Assembly (NCBI RefSeq): GCF_009914755.1
Contig: NC_060925.1
Reading direction: 5' to 3' (one strand)
Source: the human T2T-CHM13v2.0 reference genome, Homo sapiens
Length of the DNA stretch: 64,000 nucleotides
Position 1 is the stretch's first letter; every line of letters starts with the position of its first letter. The notes beneath the pieces are model-generated. The model ran no database searches and was not told where the DNA came from. It saw nothing but the letters and a program-made list of their open reading frames with translations. Made by a program: the position numbers and the translations under genes. Of this stretch, positions 11,546 to 24,023 are shown one piece after another.

Positions 11546-14099
11546 CCCAGGTGCTGATCCTGGACCCTGGTTAGGACTGCTCTTTCTTGCACCTGGGAGT
11601 CCCCTCCCCGCTCTCCACCCTAGCGGAACCCAGCCTGCTCTCCCATCCCATGTTGAGCATACACCTAACTCCCCACAGTCTCTCCGTGGTCTTAAGCCCT
11701 ATCCCACCATGGGCCTGAGCACCTGCCCAGATCTGTCCCCTCTGTTCATGACAAACCCACCGAGACTGTGGCTGTCCCTCCGCCCTGGGCCTGAGACATG
11801 TCTGTTGCTCCCTAGGTGCCTGCCCTGTTAGGCCTCATCAGCAGGTGTCTCTTCTGCTCCAGCCCTTGTCTGCAGTGAGGTTGAAAGAAAGAACAGTCCT
11901 CCCACAGAGCACACTGCTAGCTTGCAGCCCACCCCAACTTCCCCACCTCAGGCTGGGGACAGCCAAGCAAAGGACACAAAATGGTTCCCAACTCCACCAT
12001 TGGAACAGCCAGACTGGAAACCTGAGGCTTGGGGTGAGCGGAGGGCAGAGGGTCATTGATGAGACACAGCAGAGAAGCCCCAGCCACACCCACTCTCCAC
12101 CTACAGTGGGGTTAGGCTGAGTTGGGCTGTGGCCATGTAGATCAGTGTGGCCAGGCAGCAGCGTGAGGAAGAGTTTGTCTCTGGCAGGGCTGCATTGGTA
12201 TCAGTCATGGGAGGGTGGAGTCTGCTGGCTTTGAGACCTGGTGCTCTGTGCACAGTGGTGTCCTTAGCGATTTTAGCTGAGGCTGTGGGTGCCTCACTCA
12301 TGTCCCCTGTGCACTAGCCCTCACACACCAAGGAAGGTGCTCACTAAGGACACTTGCCACTCTGTACCCTCTCCATTACAGAACGGAGTGTCTTCACGAA
12401 GTAGAGCATCTGCTACCCGCCTGGAGTGGTTCCAGCTCAGAGCAAGACAGAGAAAGCCCCATTCCCACAGAGTGGACCTTCACAGGGAGATGGACATTAA
12501 CAGACCAACTGCATCTAGAGTCAGAGGGTGAAATGCACTAAGAGGAGCACACACAGCAGGGTGAGGTCACAGAGGCGATGGGGTGAGGGTGAGAGTCCAA
12601 TGTGGCCTCGCTGTGCGTGGCAAGGGTGGGGATTGGGGTTCATCCTTCCAGAATCTCCAGCCCCTGTGCATGTAAGGATGCCCAGTAACCAAACTGTGGG
12701 GGCTGTGGGAGCCAGGGGCTGCTCCCTCACATATTCAGACTGTGGTCTGAGGAACAGAGATCCCCTTTTGGTGAGGGTGAGAACCAGGCACAGGCTGGCC
12801 CTCAGCAAATGTCTGACAACTGAGCATCTAGATGAACTGAGCCCCCTCCTCAGGCCCCTTGTGTAGGGAACCGGTGGGCAGAGGCCTCATCCCCTTCTCT
12901 CATCTCTGGTGAGACACCACCACACAGCCACATTCCCTGGAGATTGGAGTGCCTGCACCCCCTTTTACCCAGTGTCTCCAGAGCTCATTGCTCAGTAGAT
13001 GGGGCCCAGGAGGGAGGAGGCAGAGGATGGGGGTGGTCAATGAGAGTGTGGGACTCCTCCTCACCTCCTTTCTCCAGGCAAAGCCATCAATCCCTGGTGG
13101 GGAGGAGAGTGACTCCGCCAGCCCTGCCACAGAGACGGGCAGAGCTGGGGTGGGAACAGGAGCAGGAAATGTCACATCACAAAGCAGAGAAAATGACCCA
13201 GGATGTAACATTCCCCCGGTGAACCCAGAACCGTAGAAAGAACTGAGCTCAGCGGCATGGCCCCCCTTGCCTCACCCTCCTGGTCCGCAGGGAAGCTCCC
13301 AGCCCTCCATTTCCCCTGTAGTGCCTGTTTCAAGTGCATTGTTTTTTTTTTCCGCTTGATAAATTGTAATTCATTTAAGGCTCTCTGATGGTTATTCCAC
13401 ATCTCCAAAGCATACTTTTCACAGAAAGATCAATTCCAAGAAAACACTTAAATCTGTGCAAGTTAGATCCATTAACAAGTGCTAAGTGGCCAATCACTCA
13501 CAGAGGGGGCCTTTGAGTAAGCCCAAGAAATGATCAAACTGACTGGGCAGCTCTGCCGGGAGCCCTGGAGCAACATTTACAACACGGGTTTACAAGTCTT
13601 AATTATTTTTCTTCCCACTGAAATTAAACTGCATTTCCGAGTCCAGAGAGGATGATCAAAGTCTCATCAGAGAGCAAATCAGCCTCGTGCAGTGGACTGA
13701 GAAGCCCCTTCCAGGTCACCCCCAATGAAAAGGGGCCTCTGTTCCTCAAATCTCAGGAGTGTGTTGAGGAATAGCCTCTGGCTCCCGCAGTCCCCATGGT
13801 TTGGGCATCAAGCATCCTCACATGCACAGGGGCAGTGGGGAGCAAGAGAACTGGAAATCCCACCTCAACGCCAGGATTCCGAACCTATAGAGACCATTTG
13901 TAGAGATCCAAAGAGGGCTAGGGATTGGCAGGGAGCAAGGAGAGGGGGAGTGTCCTAATTCTGACACATTAATAGAGATACCATCTAAAGACTCTAAATG
14001 CAGGAAGTGGACCAGGGCCTGGGGCCTCATTAATGCCAGAATCCCCTCCATAAAAGAATATAGTGTGGAAGTAGCACTGCCCTCGGCTCTCAGCCACTG

Positions 14100-14290
14100 G
14101 AAGCCTTTATGTACGTTTTACATGTACCATCTCATTAAAACCTCATAGTAACCCATTGCAGTAAGTAATATTATTATCCTCATTTTACCAATGAGGAAAC
14201 TGTGGCTCACACAGTTAAAGTCATTCACCCTGAAACACCAAGTTGCAAATCAAAGCCAGGCCTGTCTGATACCATAGTTGAAGCACTTCA
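14100..14290 (-). mobile_element. MIR
   Basis: attattatcctcattttaccaatgaggaaactgtggctca. Confidence 0.85.
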
Positions 14291-14324
14291 TCTCACTATT
14301 ATGCCTCCCTCTAACTCGTGTTTG

Positions 14325-14412
14325 CACATCCCCAAGGATGGGGAGCTCACCACAACTCAACGCAGCCCATTCTGTCTCTGAACAGGTTTGACTGTTAGAA
14401 AATCCTTCCTTC
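14325..14412. mobile_element. L3/CR1-like fragment
   Basis: gatggggagctcaccac..cagcccattctg..ctgttagaaaatccttcctt. Confidence 0.5.
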
Positions 14413-14494
14413 AGGCCACGTGGAGGGCATTTACTTCCTCCTTCACATGGCAGCCCTTTTGTGGTGACAACAGACCCAAATGCAGTTCAACTTT

Positions 14495-14949
14495 TATGGA
14501 ACAAAGTCGTGAGTTGTTTTCCAGTTTCCACGGACCCTCAGATCATGTAACCTGAACATGCCCAGGTAAACCAAATGTGCAACCACAGGGGGAACCTAAG
14601 TACTCAGACAGAGGAGTGGGGACTGAATTAAGAAGCGGACACTACACAGCAGATCCAGGATCCAATCAGATCAAGTTCTGTTGTTACCGCACGGCAGGAT
14701 CCAGTCAGATCATGCCTCTTGGCATCACCTCATTGCAAGATCTAATCAGGTCGTGCCTCATTATCCTATGCTTATAAAACCTGACCCAGTTCCCAGTTCA
14801 GGGAGGCATTACTTGGGGACCTATGTGTTCTCCCTGGTGTTCTCCTTACTTGTTGCAAGTAATAAAATCCCCTTGTTAAATCTTCCTTTGTTGTGGTCAT
14901 TGAGTTGATACCCACCAAGCAACCAATGCCACCCAGTCTATGAGCAACA
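14495..14949 (+). mobile_element. Solo LTR (LTR47-like)
   Basis: Internal ggatcca(a/g)tcagatca repeats, TATAAAA, AATAAA, terminal CA; flanked by cttt on both sides. Confidence 0.7.
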
Positions 14950-15194
14950 CTTTTTGTAATCAAAAACAACCCTCTCTTCTTGCAGAGATTTTATATCCCC
15001 AGATTCTACAACCCCACCTCTTCCCTGCTGACCCTTCCTGAATAAGGGGACATTTGCTAAGACACAGGGTTGGTCATAGATAGCTGGGTAAACTCTCTTT
15101 GATCCTCTGCCCTGATCCCATGATTCTTGTTAAAAATCCCCCCCTCACAAGAGAAGTTAAAGGTCCGTATGATGAGAATTGAAACCATTCATGT

Positions 15195-15691
15195 TACGTC
15201 TGCAAAACTGGCCACAGTCCTCTACCCTTCCCTGTGTCCCTGCCCTTTGAAGCCCTTCCCATCAAGAGGGAAAATTTAGTTCCCCACTACTTCGTCTGAG
15301 CTGGACGTCTCCTGGCTTTGGCCAATACAAGGCTGCAGAAGGGACATTGTACCATTTCTGAGCCTAAGCTTCAAGAGGCCCTGTGTACTTCTGCTCTGTT
15401 TTGTAACCTGCTTTCACTGTAAGAACAAGCCTGGGCTACTCACTGGAGGATGAGAGAACACATCCTCCAGAGATAAGCTATTCTGCCCAAGGCCTCCTGG
15501 ACCAGCCAGGCTTCAACCAACACACCAGCCATCCTGAGGGGCTAATAATCCCAACCAAGACCAGCTCAGGCCAGCCCAGAGCAGCAGAACCACCCAGCAA
15601 ACCTACATATTCTTAAGCTAAATACATGTTTGTTATTTTAAGCCACTATGTTTTGAGATGGCTTGTCGTGCAGCAATAGCAAACTGATATA
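15195..15691 (+). mobile_element. MLT1 (MLT1H/G-like) LTR
   Basis: ctttggccaat..gagcctaagcttcaagagg..ttttaagccactatgttttgagatggcttgtcgtgcagcaatagcaaactgata. Confidence 0.8.
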
Positions 15692-15889
15692 CCATACCTC
15701 TCCGATCCCAAAGTAGTTCTGCTTAGTTATCTTTCAACACTGCATCTAGTACCTAGCTTCTTTCAAATTCTCCCTTTACCATCAACTTTACTCTTGAAAA
15801 AAAAAGAAAAAAGAAAAAAGCACAGTAAGTTTTCCCATGTCTAGAGAGACCATACGGAGACATTCAGTTGCTAGAACCTATATCTCCCT

Positions 15890-16330
15890 TCAGTCATTCC
15901 TTCATTCAGTCATTCAACAAACATTTATTGTATGCTTGCTATATGTGCTAGGTACATGGTCCCCACCACCACAGAACACGGAGGCTACCAGCACTAAGCA
16001 AATAGTTGCAGAAATAATAAACAGTAAACAGCATTTCACTCAGAGTTTGCATAAAGTACCCCAGCCTGAAATTAAATTGCAGCCTCAGTGCAGAGAGCCC
16101 ATGTTACAAAAAAGCAGGTGCTCCCAGGGAAAGGGGACTCACACCTTTAAACGCACAGCTGGGATGGCCCTGCGTGGTGGGAACACCATCTCCAAATCAT
16201 GGAGGAGCTTGCAGCTTGCAGGCCTGTGCAGGTCCTTAAGACCATGATGACACACAGGGCCTCTGTGGGCAAGACAAGGAAGAGTTCATGTCTCCCCCAC
16301 AGGATGCATCCTGATTTGGAGCCAGTCCAG
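15890..16330 (-). mobile_element. L2 3' end
   Basis: cattcaacaaacatttattg..tatgtgctagg. Confidence 0.65.
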
Positions 16331-16339
16331 GGAGGAAGA

Positions 16340-16628
16340 GAGGGGAGCTGCTCTGAGGGAGACGCTGTGCATGGAGCTGCTGTAGGGGGAACTGCGGGAG
16401 CTGCCATGGGGAAAACTACTGTTGGGGAGCTGCTGTCGGGGGAGCTGCTGTGGGGGAGCTGTTGTTGGGGAGCTGCTGTGAGGGGAGCTTCTGTGGGGGA
16501 AACTGCCATGGGGGAGCTGCTGTTGGGGGAGCTGCTGCTGTGAGGGAGCTGCTGTGGGGGGAGCTGCTGTGGGGAAAGCTGCTGTGGACGCACTGCTGCT
16601 GGAATGGCTGTCATCGTGGGAGGGGAGC
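16340..16628. repeat. G-rich ~14-15-bp minisatellite (ggggagctgctgt)
   Basis: Roughly 18 degenerate copies of gggggagctgctgt(g/t). Confidence 0.9.
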
Positions 16629-19600
16629 CCCGTCGAACTAGATGTTCAAGCCTCAACCCCTGTCCTGTCTGTCTTATTTAGAGGCTAAAACCTGCCCTCT
16701 CCTCTTGGAAGCAAGTGAATGACATCACACCCAGGCCCTCCTTTACCCATGGGCTTTTGCAAATGGCCAAAGATGCCTGCATTCATCAGAGGAAGTCATT
16801 TCCAGGAATGGCCAAGGCTCCAAGAACAATCCCTTTCCCCCTGTCTCCCTGAGTGCTCTCTTGCCCCCCCTCCCTCTGTTTCGGAGGGTACAGCAGTTGA
16901 GCACATTTGTGAGCACATTTGCAGAGAGCTCCTGATGGTGGGTCAGGTCCCTCTGAGGACTGTTGCACATTCCCAATAATGACATTCATTAGTCTATCTG
17001 ACATCAATACTGTTCTCAGGCTAATATGTTTAATCTAATGAGGCATTTATTTTCAGTTTGAAAACTACTGAAGAAGCATGTTTCCTCCCCGTGAGCTAAG
17101 CTGATGAATAGATTAATCCTAAACTAAAAGCATGAAGTTAACTAGCTTATTTTTGTTCTTCAGTTATGACCAGCCTTGAATTAATTTGAGTTGACCTGGT
17201 TATTTCTTATGGGAATAAACAGGAAGAACTTCTCTACTTGGCTTTGTGGCTTTTCCTCCATTTATCTGCTTTTTCCCTTTATACCAGGTCTGAGGAAATT
17301 AAATAATAATACCAACATATCATGGGGGGAAGAAAGAATGCCTGAAATTGAGCAGCAGAAGAGCAAGAGCATGGAAGGGAAGCTCTCACATGACAACAGT
17401 GACAGCAGCCACAGCAGCCAGGACAGGGAGCCCAGCTGGCCCGTCTCTGCCATTGCCAGCTGTGTGGGGTTCACTGTTGGAGCCCCAGTGCCAGGCCCAT
17501 AGTGGGCACTTATAGATATTTGTTGAAATGAGTGAAGTAGATATTCAACAATGGTGACTGTTACTGTTACTTAAGGAATCACATCTTCTCAAAAGGGTGA
17601 AGATGCCCGTTGTTCCAGACACATCTTGTGGGTAAGCCAGTGTGCAGTGACTCTGCTTAGGGGCCAAAGATGTCCCAAAGGCCAAGTTTCTTTGATGACT
17701 TGGTCAATGACTACACCCACATCTCTCTCTCCCCCATAGCCAGCAAGGCCCTGCCAGGCATGGGATGCCAGCCAGCATGCACTACCCTCCCTCCCAGGAA
17801 AGGGCTGCCAAGCCATGCCAACTCAATGCCTGCTCTACCCACAAGTCAAAATGGCTTCACACACTTTTGAAATCACCCTGCCTGCTCAGTGACCCAAATT
17901 TGCACTGGTGGCAAGATCAGCCCTGTTTTCATTGTGTTCATAGGTGAGAGAGGAGTGTGGTTAATGAGTGGGAGCTTTACAGGCAAAGACAGGTGGTTTC
18001 TAATCTCAAGTCTGTGAGTTGTCAGCTGAGAGGCTTTGGGCCTTCACCCAAAGTCTCTTCACCTTTGAGGCTCTGTACTCTAAATGAAAAATGGTTATAA
18101 TGTTTTCTTTCTTAGGTTGCTAAAATGATTAAACGAAACCACAAAAATTGGCTAATGCGGTAAAATATAATTTTAAAAAGGATTTTATATGTTCAAGTAC
18201 ATCTGGTACTTTGCTATTCTGCCACTTCAAATCTATCTTCCCTCTGCAGATCAGTTCTCTGACTTGTTCTAATTTCAAGCTATGGGTCTGATCCATTGGG
18301 TTTTCCTGTTCTTCTTGACCTAGATCCCCCCTCTTCCAGGCTGGCCATCATGGTCCTGACAACTATCTATGATCTTGGGATTATAACTCCTTGGTGTTAC
18401 TGCTTCCTAATTTATCCAGCACCTATTGAGTGACTGTCACATCCAGTTATCTCCATGCCCTTAGGAGCCCAACTCCTGTCCCCAACCAGAATTCATGTGG
18501 GGAAGATGAGACAGACGGAAAGAGCTTGACTCTGGTGTCCCTGATGCTGGACAACCCCCAGGCTAGGACAGACACAGCCTCGGGACCTCAGTGGGGAAAC
18601 ATAGTCCATGATGCCTCTCCATCCACCATTTGGGGACTCCTGCATCACCAAAGGCACCTGTTATTTGCAGTTATTAAGGCTACAGGAAGGAGGGATACAG
18701 TGGTCTAATGGGGTGGATCGGGAGAGGGGGTGATTTTAGGGTGAAGGGAATGCTTCCTGCTCCCCTTGGCCTTGGATGCCCTGTGACGGGGCCTGACCCT
18801 TTCTCTCCTACAGCACCTTGGACAGCAGCCCAGCTGCCATTAAGCTTTTACCCAACTCCTGTGCCCTGGTTCTTATACCTCAAGACATAGTAGATTGACA
18901 CGGTTGAAAGGAATCTCAGAGACCATCTCAGTTCAGCAGTATCTCTCTTCATTTTGCAAGTGAACAAGGAGAGTTGAATTGAGTAGTGATGTGGTTTGAT
19001 TAAAACAAACAAAGTCACTGGACTACAGAACCCACGCCTAGGTATGCTGTGTGACCTTGGGCAAAACACTTCCCCTCTATGAACCACAACACCACTAAAT
19101 TATATGATTCTAGGATGCCTGATTTGAGGCACAAGAGGCAGGTAATAACTCACAGCCCTAATTCTGTGCCTGTATGGGGAAAATTGTCTCCAAGTCACCT
19201 TGTGGATCTACTCATGACCTACCACAATTTGCCTTCCAAGCATTTTTCTCCTTCTGTTCTACACAGCAGCAATGTGCTTACATTGATCAAACTAATTAGA
19301 CATGTGCTTAAAAGCTTCTTTATAAAGGGTCTCATGAAACACTGAAAAAGACTCATGTCAAGGAAGCAGCTCCAAGATTATGAGAATATTCTAGCTAGAA
19401 GGGTTTTGGCAATTGTTCCGTGCAATCTTCTTCATTTTCCAGATGGTGTCCCTGATGCTGGAAAACAGAAGCCCAAGAAGTGGAAATGACTTGAGTTAGT
19501 GCCAGAGCTGGGACCAAACATAAGATTAACTCTTGGCCTTCAGCCAATAGCCATGTCTACTTCCCTCTTTAGGTGATAGGGAGATTGACACAAAGCATTT

Positions 19601-19919
19601 TGGTCATGCCACTGAGCTAAGAACCCTGAAAATCAGCCACCCAGGAAGATGGATACAAATAGCAAAGATGCTGCCATTTACTGATCATTTGCCATGTGAA
19701 TCCTCACAATAATTATTTAGAGGAAGCACCATTGTTAGTTCCACTTTAAAGATGAGGAACTCCAAGCTCAAAGAGATTCATGGACACCAATTTTGAAACA
19801 TAAGCAAAATACCTGGGTCTGTCTCCAAGCAAAGCTCATGTTTTTAACCACTACATTCTACCCACTCTCAAAGGGTCTGTTATACTAACTCTAGTTCCAT
19901 CCTTGCTGTAACTGCTATC

Positions 19920-20025
19920 ACCAACTCAGCCTGCTTTAACTGAGACTTTCTCCGTGTTAGCACTGCAGGTCCCACATTCCAAGAAACTCTTAGTCCTGGG
20001 TGAGCCAAGAAGGTTTGTCACTCTA
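19920..20025 (-). mobile_element. MER81 (hAT-Blackjack) remnant
   Basis: ccaactc..gactttctccgtgttagcactgcaggtccc..tttgtcactcta matches reverse MER81, including the tagggtgac TIR. Confidence 0.7.
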
Positions 20026-20614
20026 CTATAATGCCAGACTGCACCCTCACCTTGACTCACCCCCACATCTCTGCTCTTCCAGCTTGTCAGGCATGAGACA
20101 GCTCCCCAGGGCATGAATATTACTCAAAGATTTGGAGGGCAATATTTCTACTAAAATAAAGTACAAATATTTTATTTGCAGGAGTAGACATGCAAGAGTC
20201 ACATAGCTTGTTTTAAGATAAGTCATCAGTCTTTAGAATGTTTTATTCATGGGGAGAATCATCTCTGTCTCTACCCCCTAGAATCCCTAGAGGAGTATTC
20301 ACTCTGCTTTTCCCAGAAGCATGTTCTGAAGAAATATCTGGCTGCAAATAAAATAAAAATGAGGTTCTGCAGATGAAGGTCCTGAAGCTGTACAAACAGG
20401 AAAAGACCCATGCCCTGGGGTTAGTGCTAACTAGAGTTAGCATGAGACAGGCATGAGACAGCTTAGAAGTTGCTCTTGGAAGAGAAGTTAGAAGTTTCCT
20501 CATCCTAGAGGTAAACTTGATCATAGCCCTGTGAAGCTGATCCTGCCTTTACCTTTGAGCTGATCCTAATCTCACTCAACCAAAAGCTTTCTGGGACTCC
20601 TGAACCTAAGAAAT

Positions 20615-20805
20615 AGATTTTGGTGTTAGACATATTTGGATTTGAGGACCAACTTTGCTGCCAACTAGTGATGTCACCTCCACTTGCTCTTCTTTCAAAT
20701 GGGGATAATGACCTACCTCATAGAAATGTGGTACACTGTTGTAAGATACATCCAATGAGATCATATACACGGTGTTCAGGCCAGGGCCTGACACATGGGA
20801 AGGGG
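20615..20805 (+). mobile_element. MIR
   Basis: aaatggggataatgacctacctcatag..gggcctgacacat. Confidence 0.75.
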
Positions 20806-20834
20806 TCACAGCATTTTTTTCCTTCTTCTTCTTT

Positions 20835-21247
20835 TTCAATTTTTTTAATTTTAGACAAAAAAATTATATTTATGGGGCATGATGTTATCTTTTGATATAT
20901 GTATGCATTATGGAATAATTAAAACAAGCTAATTAACATATCCATCACCCCACAAACTTATTTTTTAGTGGAGCAAACATTAAAAGTCTACTTTCTTAGC
21001 AATTTTGGAATATACATTACACTACTGTTAACTATAGGTACCACGCTATGCAAAAGATCTTGAATCTGCAGAATTTAATTTTAATCTGCAGAAGATGCAG
21101 TATTCCTCCTAACTGAAACTCTGTACCCTTTGACCAACATCTCAGAATTCTCCATCCCTCACGCCTAGCCTCTGGTAACCACCACTCTATTCTCTATATC
21201 TATGAGTTCAAATATTTTAGATTTTATATATAAGTGAGATCATGCAG
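20835..21247 (-). mobile_element. L1MA (L1MA8/9-like) 3' end
   Basis: caagctaattaacatatccatcacc..ctgaaactctgtaccctttgaccaacatctc..ataagtgagatcatgcag. Confidence 0.85.
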
Positions 21248-21605
21248 TGATACGGTTTGGCTGTGTCCTCACCCAAATCTCATCTTGAATTATAGCTCCC
21301 ACAATTCCCACTTGTTGTGGGAGGGACCTGGTGGGAGGTCATTGAATCATGTGAGTGGGTCTTTCCCATGCTGTTCTCATGATAGTGAATAAGTCTTATG
21401 AGATCTGATGGTTTTATCAAGAGGGGTTCCCTTGCATGGGCTCTCTTTTTCTGCCTGCCACCATGTAAGATGTGCCTTCGCCTTCTGCCATGATTGTGAG
21501 GCCTCCCCAGCAATGTGGAACTGTGAGTCCATTAAACCTATTTTTCTTTAAAAATTACCCAGTCTTGGGTATGTCTTTATCAGCAGTGTGAAAATGGACT
21601 AATAC
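21248..21605 (+). mobile_element. THE1B solo LTR
   Basis: TGATACGGTTTGGCTGTGTCC..GAAAATGGACTAATAC; TSD tgcag/tgcat. Confidence 0.92.
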
Positions 21606-22961
21606 TGCATTATCCCAGCCCTTCCTGAACCCTCTCCCCAACTCCTACCCTTAGGAGCCTCTAGATCTATCACAGAGTGGGCTAGCACCCCACATTGAGT
21701 TAAGATGCATCCACTCTCTGCTCCACTCATATCATATCTTGTCAATAACTTTTCAGAAAACAAACAAAAAAAACTCAAAACAGCAAGCAGCTTTGAGAAA
21801 GCAGCTGCAAGGCAATTGGATAGGACAGGTGTCAGGAGCTCAGAAGGATAGCTAGAGGATGCTCAGCTCTCACCTTGACCATAGTGGGATGGGGGCTGCA
21901 AGTCTAGTCTACATCCTAGCTCTGCCCCAGCATAGCCTCGGGTCAATTACTCACCTTCCTGGCCTTCTGTTCCCACCTCTGTAATAACTTGCCTGGGCCC
22001 CAGTCTCTCTAAGGCTCCTCTCCTCTGACTTTCAGGAGACTCTAATTAGCACTAACCCCAGGGCATGGGTCTTTTGTCATTTGTACAGCTTCAGGAACTT
22101 CATCGCAGAACCTCATTTGTATTTTATTTGCAGCCAGATATTTCTTCAGGACATGCTTCTGGGAAAAGCAGAAACCCTAACTCTCCCAGTCACCTGCATT
22201 CCTGTTAATGAGGCCAGGGTTCCTGAGCCTCCCCCTCCCAGGGCAGTGTATGGGAGAACAGAGAGCAAGAGACCAGAATTCAAGTCTGAACCCTTATGTC
22301 TGCTCAGAGAGTCACCATGAGCACATCCCTACCCTACTCTGGGCCTCAGTTCCTCTGTTTAAGTAAAATGCACTGTATCTCCAGGACTCCCACAACCTGA
22401 TAGTCTGCGATGCTTACATGCCACAACACACCCTGACCTGCCTCACATGAGATTCATTCAAAAGCCATCTGCAGAGGCCCTACTGTGCACCCACTGGTAT
22501 CCCTGTGACTGGCCCTGGGATACAAGCATAGTCAGGGCCCTGTTTGATCCTCGAGTAGCTTTGGGGCCTATGGGGAAGGGAACCACATGGAGTAATGTTC
22601 ACAACACGGTGGGCAAAAGGCCAGGACAAGGCCAGCACAGGGCACTGCAGGACCCATGAGTGTCCATTTTGGATTTTCTCAAGAGCTCCCCAAGAGCCTG
22701 GGCACACCTGCTCTGTGGCCTCTAGACCCATCTCACAACTTGCCTCCTGCTAGGCCTTCGGCAAGCTGTCTGTCTTCCTGGGGCTCCCTTTGGTTGTTGC
22801 CTGGTCTGTAAAATCCAAGCCTCAGTTCAAACATAGCTGGTCTCAGTTCAAATGCCACCTCCTGAAAGAGGCTTTTCCATGCCTCCAACCTGAAGTAGCC
22901 CCTGGTCACTCTCTGTCATGCAGTCTTGAGATTATATTTTCATTCATTACTTGTCAATTGC

Positions 22962-23258
22962 TTTTTTTTCCCTTTTTGAAACAGGGCCTTGCTCAATCAC
23001 CTAGGCTGGAGTGCAGTGGTGCATTCAAGGCTCACTGCAGCCTCAACTTCCCAGGCTCAAGCTATCCTTCCACCTCAGCCTCCCGAGTACCTGGACTACA
23101 GGTACGCACCATGCCCAGCTAATTTTTTATATTTTGTAGAGACGAGGTCTCGCCATGTTGCCCAGGCTGGCCTTGATCAAACTCCTGGGCTCAAGTGATC
23201 CACCCGCCTTGGCCCCTCAGAGTGTTGGGATTACATGTATGATCCACCACACCCAGTT
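22962..23258 (-). mobile_element. AluJ
   Basis: Reverse Alu with J diagnostics; approximate TSD ttgtcaattg/ttgttaattg. Confidence 0.92.
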
Positions 23259-23311
23259 TTGTTAATTGTCTTAACATCTCTGACTGACCACACACACAAA
23301 TCAAATGAGAT

Positions 23312-24023
23312 TATTTCATTCATTCATACAATAAGTATTTATGTGCCAGGCAATATTCTAAGCTCTAGAAATTATTAATAAGCAAAACAATGCAACACCC
23401 CTTTCTTCACAGATGCTATGTGTTGCTACAGAGACAGATGATAAGCAAGGGAAATAAATCAAATATACACGGAATATGCCAGATAGTGGTAAGCGATGAG
23501 GAGACATCAGATAGAGATGGGGGATGAAGAATGTCAGGAGATTGGGGTGCGGTTTTATACGGGTGATCAGGAAAGGCCTCAGTAAGGACTCACTTGGGAA
23601 CAGCCCGAAGGCTGGGAGCCATGAGGACATCTTGGGTGGTCAGCCCAGGCAGCGGAAGCCACACGTGCAGATTCCCAGAGGTGAGAGTGACCCTGGCATG
23701 CTCAAGGGTCAGCAGGGAGGCCCAAGTGGCTGGGGCAGAGTAAAGAGGGGTAGGGGATGAGGTCAGAGAGGTCATGGGGCCTGGGACCAGGAGAGGACTC
23801 AGGCTTTAATCTGCAGAAGCTGGGCACCCATGGAGAGTGTGAGCAAGGAAGGAAATGGTTGCAGGGGCATTTTTAAAGGCTCTCTCCTGCTTCTAGGTGG
23901 AGACGAGACCACAGGGCGCAAGAGTGAAATCGAACTGGGGAGATGATCGGGCATCTCCTGCAATCATCCTGGCAGTGGGTGACAGTGAATGGAATCAGGG
24001 TGGGAGCTGGAGGGTTAGAGATG
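23312..24023 (-). mobile_element. L2a
   Basis: cattcattca tail, tatgtgccaggc, ggtgatcaggaaaggcctc, gatgaggtcagagagg. Confidence 0.85.
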
